Assembly (NCBI GenBank): GCA_905331295.1
Contig: CAJNYD010000067.1
Location: 124,001-151,324 of the forward strand
Direction of reading: 5' to 3'
Length of the DNA stretch: 27,324 nucleotides
Source: Rotaria socialis
Lineage: Eukaryota
Positions 1 to 11,338 of the stretch are shown here, piece after piece. Under the pieces are notes generated by a model that worked only from the letters and a program-made list of their open reading frames with translations, made no database searches and had not been told where the DNA came from. Every line of letters starts with the position of its first letter. Position 1 is the stretch's first letter. The position numbers and the translations under genes were made by a program.

Positions 1-52
1 TGCGTCGAAGTCGGAGTTGAAATCGGGTTTCGGAATTCCCCGCAGGTCTCTA
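1..52. mobile_element. Probable terminus of a hAT-like DNA transposon, truncated by the window edge
   Basis: GC-rich 52 bp with repeated TCGG motifs. The reverse complement begins TAGAGACCTGCGGGG, resembling hAT TAG(A/G)GA termini. Homology with the second ETS copy begins immediately after it (GTCTGCAA 53-60 vs GTATGCAA 5480-5487). The other end is not visible. Confidence 0.45.
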
Positions 53-447
53 GTCTGCAAAGGTCAAAAGTTTTCTTCTATCGAAACAATTCATGATTTT
101 AGTCGGCAATAAACATGCTTGCACAGACATCATTTTGATTTTAATTCTGATTAAGTGAGTGGTTTATGTGACCGATAGAGATTGAATTCGAATTACGAAA
201 ATTTAAAATGAAAAAAACGTCTATCTAGATGCCAATGTTTTTTTGACACGAAATATCGACCAACAACAAAAATGTATAATGATTAAAATGAAATCGATCG
301 GAAAATAATGCACATCATGTTCTGCCTAGCTTGGAAAAAGTATCTGCAGGACAGGTTTGAGAACGAAAAAAGAAAAAAAAACGCACCTGTGCCGAACAAA
401 ATCTTTTTTTCCTACTGACAGCAAAAATACGAACGAGAGCTGTGGAG

Positions 448-454
448 TATTTAA
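448..454 (+). promoter_or_regulatory. TATA-like element (TATTTAA) upstream of ETS copy 1
   Basis: About 60 bp upstream of ATG 514. Conserved in copy 2 at 6068-6074 within a block with few differences. Confidence 0.35.
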
Positions 455-513
455 GGCAACGAAATATTCATAACGATTGAAAAATTTCCGAATTGTTTTC
501 GAAAATCGACAAG

Positions 514-1328
514 ATGCCCCGCTCCAAATATATTTCTGAACCTTCGTGGCACTTGAACATATACTTATCAAATGAATTAAACAGTCAGGAATCAGAGAGT
601 TCTCAATCTGCTGAAGCGCTAATGCATTTATTTGACACGGATCTGTTGCAATCTTCTCATAGAATGAACGTCGAACTATTTGATCCATTGAATAATGATA
701 CAGAAGCTTTGCTACTAGCTGATGAAGAGTTTTCATCGGATGCGGAAAATTTCAATTCGATCGATTTCAGTGATTGTTTTTTGGAAAAATCCAAAGAAAT
801 ACCTCATCGACCAACTGAAAAAAGCAATTCAACGCCGAATAATGATAAACCGCCGTCTTCATCAACAGAAAATATTCATCGAAGTCAGAAGAAAAATGCA
901 TCTTCATCTAAGCCGTTTTCATCTTCAAGTTGTGATGCTATTAAAAAGTTTCTGGTATATGATGTAGTAACTGGACGACTACGAAGGCCCTTATTACATG
1001 AATTTATTCGACTGTTAGTAGAATATGATGAATATTCCGATGTTGCTGAATATCTTGATCGAACACGAGGTATTTTCAAATTGCATAAACCAGAAGAAGT
1101 TGCTGAACTATGGAAAAATGTGAAAGGACGGAATAGCGATAATAGTAAGTTGACTTTCCAGAATAGAATTTCGTTTTATTGAAGACTTTCTTTTTTATAA
1201 TTGCAGACATGACGTACGATAAACTAGCGAGAGCTCTGCGTTACTATTATGGAAATGGTATTATGCATCCGAGTCCAGGACGCTTTACCTTTCGATTTGG
1301 ATCAAAATCCGGTTTTAGCACTTCTTGA
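514..1328 (+). CDS. ETS-domain transcription factor, divergent, copy 1 (250 aa; exons 514-1144, 1207-1328)
   Basis: The ATG at 514 is conserved in both copies. A 62-bp phase-1 intron at 1145-1206 (GTAAGT...TTGCAG) joins LHEFIRLL...RGIFKL..PEEVAELWK..K to NMTYDKLARALRYYY...PGRFTFRF, the ETS recognition helix and wing. Stop TGA at 1326-1328. Confidence 0.92.
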
Positions 1329-4300
1329 AGAACAGTTTTTTTTAGAACAAAACATAAATATCTATAATATTTTATTTAATGTTTACTCCGGATGTAATAT
1401 TTTTTTTACTTTTTCCTATTTGATGTGGCGACTTTGATACCTGTAATTTACACTTCACTGAACTGTTGCTCAAAAGTTTTTCCTCTTGTTTTGTATGTTA
1501 GATGGAATATTAAACAAAAATAAACATAAGTGTCTCTGATTCGATCAACGGTTGTACATTCAGTCAGATGATTCATTTTATTGACTTCATAGTTAATATC
1601 GATTGATTGATGTGTGCATCGGCCAAGACAAATCATAAAACAGTGGCGTACTTTTTGCCTATCTTTCTACGCTTATCAGCAGAACGAGCTAAATAGCGTG
1701 CTGAAAAAAAAATATTATGTTTGCCAAAGGTAAAAATTTGTTCTAATAGAACATCAAAATAAATGTACGTCTCTTCTGGTGAATAGCGAAATAAATGACG
1801 AGATTTCTAATATTGATAGATGTTGTTTACGAATAGGGACCAGTTTCTACGAACTGTGCGTCCCTAGGTAGCTCACTAAATATAGGTCACGTTTTTACGA
1901 ACAGAGACGATACGATTTTTCTTGCCATCTAAATAGGAATTTTAATTCAGGAAAGCCATAGCATAATCCTTTTACACTGGGTACCGACGTTTTGCGAGAC
2001 CAAATTTCGGGGTATTACTCCCGGAATATCGAAGTCCCTAGGTTTTAGTGAAATGTTCCAAAATGATTTCGATGAGTATTATGACATCTATTTGCGTAGG
2101 TACTCATTCTAGTAACATATTTCCTGACGATCTCAACATTCTCAAATCCTCATCAATATGCCGAAAGATAAAGTCAATGATTATGTTTTTAGCAAAGGAA
2201 GGAATAAAAATAGCGAATTATTCTATAAAATGGAAATAATAGCGTAGGTTTTTCATACAGAAGTGTAGAATCCAGTAATTGTTGTTTATATGAACGATAA
2301 AAGACTAGAAATCTTTAAAGAATTTCAATAGCGAGGCTTTTCTTTGGCAAATAAGATGCCCTTGAAACCACCTATCAATAAAACTGTATCAAAGGAAGCT
2401 CTGAGAAAAAACTTCTTTCTTTATAGTTTTCCATAGTTTGCCTTGACATTTGCGCTGCATTCATTGCTACTAAAGTCCAGAACGAATTATTATTAGGAAA
2501 GTTTAGACACGAATTACAACTAGTCCATCGCTGTCTCTCTCCTCGAGCATCAACGCTTCTTTGAATAACAAATGAAGAGGACGTGAAATGGTGCAAGAAG
2601 AAAATAATCGAACAAATTGAATAATCAGATTTAGATCGTCCGCCTTTCGACAATGATATTTTTATTAGGATTTATTTCGTTAAGCTAAAAGAATGATCAA
2701 CTGAGTCACTTCTTTTGAAGGAAGCGAGGCAGACGCATGCGTGCGAGATATGACTTGCTCTATCAGCTCGTCCCTACTTCCATTCTCGTTGTTTCTTATT
2801 CTCTTCATTTGCTAAACATATTCTATCTACAAAGCGTGACATTTTATGATCTATTGTGCTTTCGTCGGCATGTTTAATCGCTCATTGGCGTCAGAATCAA
2901 ACAGCTGATAACAGTGACCACTAGTCTTGTAAGCGCTTCTGATTGTAACAATAAAGAACGACATAAAATACATAAATGGTGATGAGATAGATTTATAAGA
3001 ATAAATGCTACTATTTAGTATAAGCAGCATGTTTTCTTATCAAACATGTTTGAATAGAATGTGCAATGTTAAAAAAGAAAATAATACCTAGATGTTCATT
3101 ACAGCTCTAATTGAAAAAAGAACTAAGAATGTCAGCATAGATTCTTTGAGAGAAATAAAATTCAGATATCTCATTCTTAATTAGTGATTTGAAAAAACGA
3201 ACAATATCTATGAAGAAAAGAACAATTATATCTGTTTTTACTGATATGAATACCAGTTATCCGTAACAGTTAGTGCATTCTTTTTTTTATTATTGTCTGA
3301 TATTGAGATTCAAGAATGATTTATTTAATCATATCTCCCGTAACAAAGTCTTATATTTTACGGTTGCTAAAGCAAATTATTATTTTATGTAAAAATGCGC
3401 ACAAAAACAAGTATGCCACAGAGACAATAATGGATTTGCAAGACACGTTAGCATATGTAGTGTTACTCGATTACTTCAATCACAAAATCCATGATATCAA
3501 TATTCAAAGAAACACTATCCAATTTATCTATTATTCTCTGGATTCTTAATTTAGTTAATATCTTGATTTCTTCAATAAACAACACCCGAACAGACCAAGA
3601 TCCAGAAAACGCGCTGAAAGAATTCAAGTAGGAGCTGCGGTTGTAATCATTTAACAACGTTTTCTGAAACTTTTATCTGATTGAACATTAGTTAATAACC
3701 TGTTCCAGTGTGTAAATGCACGAATACATATTTTCCAAGTAGCACTCATCATCTTAAAAAGCATGACAAATAAATATGCACTTCGATCAATCGATATACA
3801 TTTTTTTGTGTCAACATGAATCAGGGTAATTATTTAAATCGGTATTCTCGAATATTGCTAAATAGATGCAATCGAATATTCAAGTAAGAAAATATCATAA
3901 CAGTGTAATAGTTGCCTAGAAAATAATCAAGACATGACAAATGTAACAGGTGTAACAAATGAGTCAGTCATGATCTTTATTTATTGATATTTATTAATTT
4001 TCGAACTAGATTGGTTGGAAAGAGATCTTATCAACTTCTTTCCAATCACGGTATGACGATATAATAGTAGCATGCTTGATTGTATACAAAAAAACAACAC
4101 ATCATCAAAATATCGCCTTGCACTTTAGACCGAAGAATAACAAAACATATGAAATCGATACAGCTTAGCAGATATTCGACTTGTAAAAGGCGTCAAGAGC
4201 CTAAATATTTGTAAATTGCACTGCTTTGCATAAGATCGACAATACAAAGCCCAATGTAGTCAATTGGAATCCATTGTATTTTGAAATAAAAACACTGTAT

Positions 4301-5479
4301 TATGATTTTCGCTCTACTAATAGTTACAATTATAAACTTTCAAGAAAACTCGGTGAAAAATATTTCAAAAAAAGTTAATCACTCGACATGATCTAAAGTA
4401 TAAATTACATTTCGAGCAATTCGATCAAATATCACGTTAATAGTACACAAACAAGCCATCAGGCAAAGTTGAACTGTTTTTCATCGCTTGAGGCGACATT
4501 CAATTATCCAATTAGACGTCAAACTTTGTTTGATTTACTATTAATACTTTTTTTATTCGTATCTGCATTTGAAAAACAAAAACATCTTAACGTTACAGTT
4601 CTATTGCATGATGGCTGATCACTTCGTAAATATTTCTTGCTCTTAGGTTTATCACATTTGATTTCTAGGCACAATATCGAAAAGCAAAGTATTCAAATTG
4701 AGTTAGGTTATTTTCTCTTTCAGCATATTCTCTTAAAGTAACCGATCGTGATACAATATCATTTGATTTCCATCTTGATATTTTCCAGCAGACATTTCCT
4801 CGAATAATTACGATCTAAATAAAACTTCTACTAGACAAAAAATACACCTGTAGATATGCACACCTGTGGAGCTATTGAAAAAAGCATACGAAGAAAATAG
4901 CTGAATTCATACATTGAAAAGGCTGTCATACATACAACACAATATACATACACGTCATTTGTATTGTTTATTTCATGATTTTCATTTCTCGACCGTAAAT
5001 TATCACAGAATGCATATGAAATAACATCGTATTGAAATATTGACACATACATTTTTTTCTTAATCATCAAAAACAAATAAAATTATACATTTTTTCGTAG
5101 TAAAAGCTATAAAGAATGTTAATATATTTTTATTCAATTGACTCAATCGTGATCTGTACAGAAACAGATAAATTTCGTCTTATCAACGGTATCAACTAGT
5201 CATTTTTGATAGAAAAAACTTGTCACGGCTTGGAAAAATAATCACTGGCCAATAGTGACACGTGTATTGGAGGTTTCTATCCTTTTCAATATTGACTCAT
5301 GTAACTTTCGAAATACAAAGGGCAACGTTAAAAATAGTACCTCAATTTGAGGGGAAAGATTAAATTCGATAAAATAAAAATATGACCTAGACAGACTAAA
5401 TAGTTTTTGTGTTCTCATATTTTAGAAACTGCGACTCGTGATATGATGAAAGAATTTGTCATTTTTAATTGGCAGACGT

Positions 5480-7539
5480 GTATGCAAAGGTCAAAAGTTT
5501 TCTTCTACAGAAACGGTTCATGATTTTATTCGGCAGCAAACGTGTTTACATAGACATGATTTTGGTTTTAATTCTGATTAAGTGATTGGTTTATCTGACC
5601 GATAGAGATTGAAATAGAGATGAAAAGTCAATGAAATACGATACTATAGCAACATGGATCGAGTATGGAGCTGATACTGCTTTGACATCATTCGTATTGG
5701 AGTTGTAAAATTAATAAGTTTTTATGCAGTTTGGCCTGATTTAAGTGATGTTTTTTTCAATGCGTAAGTGTGTGAAAATATTTGTCTCACGTGTCATGAT
5801 ACCTCGAATCTTTAAATTTAAGGATGAAAAAGAAATCTGGATTCTCACATTTTCTTGACATGAAATATTATGCAACAACAAAAATGTATAATGATTAAAA
5901 TGAAATCGATCGAAAAATAATGCAAATCACGTTCTGCCTAGCTTGGAAAAAGTATCTAAAGGACGGGTTTGATAACGAAAAAAGAAAAAAAAAATGACGT
6001 ACCTGTGCCGAACGAAAGGATTTTTTTTTCTCTACTGACAGAAAAATCGCGAAGGAGAGCTGTGGAGTATTTAAGGCAACGAAATATTCACAACGATAGA
6101 AAAATTTCCGAATAGTTTTCGAAAATCGACAAGATGTCCCGCTCCGAATTCGTTTCTCAACCGTCGTGTGACTTGAGCATATATTTACCAAATGAATTAA
6201 ACATTCAGGAATCAGAAAATTATCAATCTGTTGAAACACTGATGCGTTTATTTGGCGTGAACCCGTTGCAATCTTCTCATAGAATGGACGTCGAACTATT
6301 TGATCCATTGAATAATGATACAGAAGCTTTGCTACTAACTGATGAAACGTTTTCATCGGATGTGAAAAATTTCAAGCCGATCGATTTCAGTGATTGTTTT
6401 TTTGAAGAATCCAAAGTAATACCTCATCTATCAACTGGAGAAAGCAATTTAAGGCCGAACGATTATAATCCATCATCTCCCTCAGCAAAAAGTATTCATC
6501 GAAGTCAGAAGAAAAATGCATCTTCATCTAAGCCGTTTTCATCTTCAAGTTGTGATGCTATTAAAAAGTTTCTGGTATATGATGTAGTAACTGGACGACT
6601 ACGAAGGCCCTTATTACATGAATTTATTCGACTGTTAGTAGAATATGATGAATATTCCGATGTTGCTGAATATCTTGATCGAACACGAGGTATTTTCAAA
6701 TTGCATAAACCAGAAGAAGTTGCTGAACTATGGAAAAATGTGAAAGGACGGAATAGCGATAATAGTAAGTTGACTTTCCAGAATAGAATTTCGTTTTATT
6801 GAAGACTTTCTTTTTTATAATTGCAGACATGACGTACGATAAACTAGCGAGAGCTCTGCGTTACTATTATGGAAATGGTATTATGCATCCGAGTCCAGGA
6901 CGCTTTACCTTTCGATTTGGATTAAAATCTGGTTTTGGCACTTCATGGGGAACAATTTGTTAAAGCAAAACATAAATATCTATAATATTTTATTTATTGT
7001 TTACTTCGGATGTAATATTCTATTTACATTGCCCTGTTTATTGTGGCGAGTCGGATACCTGCAATTTACACTTGACTGACTTGTTGTTTAAATTTTGTTG
7101 TCTGCTCGTTTCGTAGATGTAATATTAAATTTAGTATCAAACTAATTATATTTATACGTATACACATGACCTATTGTATCGTGAAAAAAAGAATATCTGC
7201 GTTTTACTATATTAAATAGTAACAAACACAAGCTTTTCTGATTCTATCAACATTTGAAAGTTTAGTTAGATGATTCGTCCTATTGACTTCATAGTTGATA
7301 TTGATAGATTGATGGGTACATCGGCGAGGCATATAATAAAACGATCGCAGGCTTCATTTATTTTTTTGTTATCACCTTTCTTTGATTACTATAATAACGT
7401 ACTAAAAAATATATTATGTTTGTCAAGGTTAAGCTCTTGTTTTAACACAACGTGAATATAATTTTGCGTCTAGCTATGAATAAGGCAATAGACGGCTAGA
7501 TTTCGATTATTGATATGTGTTGTTTACGTTGGGACTCAG
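5480..7539 (+). repeat. Segmental duplication, copy 2 (ETS gene plus flanks)
   Basis: Homologous to 53-1843. Carries about 190 bp extra near 5614-5803 and about 87 bp extra near 7131-7217. Confidence 0.95.
6134..6963 (+). CDS. ETS-domain transcription factor, divergent, copy 2 (255 aa; exons 6134-6764, 6827-6963)
   Basis: Same structure as copy 1, with the intron at 6765-6826. Ends ...RFGLKSGFGTSWGTIC*, with TAA at 6961-6963. Confidence 0.92.
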
Positions 7540-8510
7540 CAAAATGTTTTTTTATTCACTATCATCTGCTGATTATTTTTCGTCGATGATTTGGTGTTTT
7601 TCGTATAATCGACAATCGTTCGATAAATGTTTATTTCGGAATGAAACTGTTAGTATGATTGAAATACGTTTGATGCTGTTAGGAAAGAAATAATTTTCTC
7701 GCCCGAATAAATGTCAAATTATATTCTATATGTAAATATCAATTAGATTTAGATTTAAAAGTAAAATTTTGTTCCAAATAAATAGTAATTCCCCGATTTT
7801 CATAGTATCAAATGAAAACATTTATTCTGATTCGTTGGTTCGTGAATTTGAAAACCGACATCGAATCTGCCAATGAAGGTAACCATGAAGAAAATACATA
7901 TGTATGAATATTAAGATGACGAGAAAAGATTAATTTTTCCGCGAAAATACAGCATGTATAAGAGTACAAAAACTTCGTCATATACAATAGGTTACTTACG
8001 ATCTCCAATCGCAGAACGAAAAAACATAAATTTTGCTTTTCACAGAAAGAGCTAATGTATTTTTCTTTTTAGAATCTAGACGATACCATGAATCAATCAT
8101 ATACTAACCTATTTTATTGTCGTTTAGAAATTTATTTAAGTCAACAAGATATAGTATGAAAATACATACGGTCGCAATTGATCGAAAATGTAAAAGCGAG
8201 ACAAATTTGACGATTACCGTGACTAGGCATACTGTGATAAACGATTGATTGGCACGTTAATATAGGAATGTTTTAACTTGAAAAGCAAAATGATTGCTAC
8301 CCCCATACGAAAACCTTTCCTTTTGCTACCAAGAATAGATCCAAAATTTATTTCTCTCAAAATATTATCTAGTTTAATGAATAAACAGAAAAAGTACCTA
8401 GTCGATATAAAAACGAAAACAAGTCTAATAAGAACGTTGATCAACGTAGATATTCCAAAGTAAACATGTAAAATTGTCAATAGATACCATGACAAAATCG
8501 CTATCATACT

Positions 8511-8528
8511 GTTGTTGTTGTTGTTGTT
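8511..8528 (+). repeat. (GTT)6 microsatellite
   Basis: Read directly from the sequence. Confidence 0.9.
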
Positions 8529-10250
8529 CCTGTTGTCAAAGATAATTAATAGCGGTAAAATAAAACTTGTATTTCTAATTTTCTTCGAAAAAGAATAAAA
8601 TACAAGAATCATTCTTATCGGTGAGTTGGATGTGCAAGTAAGTTTTGAAGCAACAACTTGAGTGTCTTCGTCTTGTCATTTTATGACACAGGAGAACTTT
8701 TATCAACGATTATGTAAAGGCTAAAGAACTTTATTTGATTCTTTCACTAAGAGAGTTTTGTTTTTATTTTGGACCAACAAAAATTCATCGGAGAAAATCT
8801 GGTTAACATGACTCGTGTTATCCTTCGTACAAGACATTATGAAATGTCGAATTATGAGTTATGCCACAACTATTAACTAGCCAAAGAAAAACAAGATAGT
8901 TATATTCGAAATTGAAATTTTTCAGCAATATATTGTGACGCTCATTACTCAATACATTTTACTTGCTGCTATCTTTCCAACGCATATTTGTCTATGATTT
9001 TATCAATCATTTGAAAATCCATCCGTTGAAGCGCGAAACGATAAACAAACATCGACAAGGACAATTAATTGGAGTGAAAGTGCTTTTCTATGCACTTTCG
9101 TTGAGTTCGGAAATATTAATCCTACAATGCAAATATGATAGTAACGTTCATAGTCTTTTAGTGACTCACATTCTCAAAGTTTTCTATTATGCCTTTTTGT
9201 GATATGAAATAGTTACTTAGAGGGACACAGTGTTTTTTCCCAGTATTACTATCGTATTTTAGTTTAGTCTAATTATCATTTGATAACAGTTGACGATTCG
9301 ATACAAAATTTTTGTAATGAAGAATTGAAAATGATCTGAGGTAATTGTATGCTAGACAGGTAGAAGAAAATCGAATAGACAAAAATCAATTCAATTAGAT
9401 GATATCAAATGATAAATTCCCACCTCGTACAAAAGGATGCGTAAAAATAACCTTACCTTATCGTATGAAAAGTAAACATATAATACTTTTTCGTGCTAAG
9501 AGATAAAATAGAACATTACTTTTCGACGGTGAGAAGTATGTCTAGTCCCATGAAATTTAGTATTCGTTCTATGTTGAAAAATAAGGGATTTTCAGTGAAA
9601 AAGATATCAATTCTTACGCTCTTTCCCTTGACATTTTTCATTAGTAGAAAAGGTCATTTTAATTATTCAACTGATTTCATGACAATATCAAACGGGCACA
9701 AGCAGTGTATATAAACAAATTTTAAAGATATGAAATATTGTTTTAATTTCTCAGATGATGAGATTTTGTGTTCAGACGTGAACTGTGTTTTTATTTCGAT
9801 TTGAATGATTGCATGCAATCTGATGCACATGTGCATACGAAATCGATTGATTCAAATTTTGTTATGAATAATGTAATTTTTAACTGATGTTCCTTTTGTG
9901 TGATTGATCCATGGCATTCCTGGCAAAAAAAATCCATTATTTGATTGTTTTGAGTACTTTGGTTTTTACAGAAAAGCACGCAAACATAGAACGGCTACAG
10001 CTGTGCGTATGCAAACAGAAGACAGAATAAGTATAATCTGGCAGAAAGCGCTTTTGTTGTCAACAAGAAAAAAAAATTTCTTTTTTAAATAAACGATGCC
10101 GTACCACTTAACGTGTTATGCTAGATCGTTGGCAGGCATAATGCGATTCATTCTTTGCTGATTGAATGAGAAAAAAATTTCAAGTGCAACGCCGTGTTGT
10201 ATGCACTTCACTTGTTTATTTTTGCAAACGAAATCACACAAACGCTGCCG

Positions 10251-10260
10251 TATATAAAAG
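10251..10260 (+). promoter_or_regulatory. TATA box upstream of the CAP gene
   Basis: TATATAAAAG about 100 bp upstream of ATG 10359. Confidence 0.55.
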
Positions 10261-10358
10261 CAAATAATATTTTTTGAAACTTAAATAGACGATTGACAAT
10301 ATTTTTGTGTGCCGTTGCTTCACTGAAAATAAAATATTTTACAGTTAAAAACGAGATC

Positions 10359-11338
10359 ATGACTCTTTCGGCTACTCAATTGGGTCTCTGTCTTCAGTCC
10401 TATTGGTACATGTGGTAAGTATAACTAATTGAAAGCGAATACATTCAATCAATCAGTGAATCACTTTCAGGTTAACTAGTGGCTTATCGGGATTGGTTTT
10501 TATCGGTATTGATATTGGTAAGATAGATATTGTTAATTTCTTAGATACTGAGAAGAAGTTTTAAATACCAAAGGCATTGCTGCATTTTTCATGGCAAAAT
10601 TTAAAAAGAAAAATGGACCAGCGCGTGAACGTCCACCAAGCACTGCTCAAAATCGACCGATGACTCCTATTGAAATTGATAACATCGATTATTCGTATAG
10701 ACAAAATACAAGTAGAGGCTCTGCTACACGAAGCACTTCTGGTTTAATATCAAGTATGATTTTATTGTACATGAAATCCAATAATATGTTTTCTATAGAT
10801 AACTCCAGTTCGACGGATGATGTTGAAGATTTTGCTCAAACAACCTGTCAATTAGTGAATGAAATACGCAAGCAGTATGATGCTCCATCCGTGGAAGTAG
10901 ACGATCAGCTAACTGTTATTGCTCAAGATTGGGCTAATCAAATGGCTCTTACTGGTAAATTAGAACATAGACCTCTTGAATATCGGAATTTTGGACGGCA
11001 ATCACTTGGTGAAAATTTCATCGCTGTCTTTAAGAAAGAATTAACAGGTTAACTATTCTGCTTTCATTAAACGCATAAATGAAGATTTTATTAATCTGTT
11101 TTTAGCTAATAGAATGCTACGAAAATGGTTGAAAGAAGGAAGTGTATACAGATTTGGTCATGATGGAGGTAGAGAAACCAACAATTTTACACAATTAGTT
11201 TGGCATGGATCACGAGAAATTGGTGTTGGTCGAGCTCAATCACCTGATGGGAATTGGTGGTATGGCGTCGTTGTATTTGACCCGCCTGGTAACATTCCAA
11301 ATCAATATGCACAGCATGTAACACTACCACGCACATAA
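10359..11338 (+). CDS. CAP/SCP (GAPR-1/GLIPR2-like) protein with an N-terminal transmembrane segment, about 254 aa (exons 10359-10414, 10471-10517, 10574-10753, 10799-11047, 11106-11338)
   Basis: Four GT-AG introns (56, 56, 45 or 57, and 58 bp) keep the frame. CAP motifs: VNEIRKQY, AQDWA, LEH, GENF, WLKE, NFTQLVW, IGVGRA, FDPPGN. The third donor is ambiguous (10754 GTATGA or 10742 GTTTAA). Confidence 0.88.

Larger units (their letters stand above)
53..1843 (+). repeat. Segmental duplication, copy 1 (ETS gene plus flanks)
   Basis: Aligns by eye to about 5480-7539. The offset is exactly 5620 across the coding region; the flanks carry indels. Confidence 0.95.

Noticed and set aside
326..1079. 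Minus-strand ORFs 326-736 and 885-1079 (and counterparts 5895-6356, 6505-6699), plus alternate-frame 722-967
   Set aside because: Shadows of the ETS coding sequence. Their recurrence is explained by the duplication.
1834..2040. TAGGGAC...GTCCCTA as hAT MITE termini
   Set aside because: Only 7 bp match, there is no TSD, and the left motif aligns with ordinary sequence in copy 2 (TTGGGACTCAG near 7529-7539).
2048..5076. Short ORFs between the ETS copies (2048, 2375, 3316, 3463, 4831)
   Set aside because: No recognisable motifs or consistent splice model. 3316-3660 may be decayed coding sequence but cannot be identified.
5615..5803. TAGAGATGAAA as an Ac-like TIR starting the extra segment in copy 2
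   Set aside because: No matching inverted end or TSD. It looks like a local repeat of ATAGAGATTGAA, and a deletion in copy 1 is equally likely.
7808..8612. Hydrophobic minus-strand ORFs resembling class A GPCR fragments (FISTRYF, IVSNLLYMT)
   Set aside because: Spacing is too short for TM3 to TM7, frames are broken, and AT-rich DNA readily gives hydrophobic ORFs.
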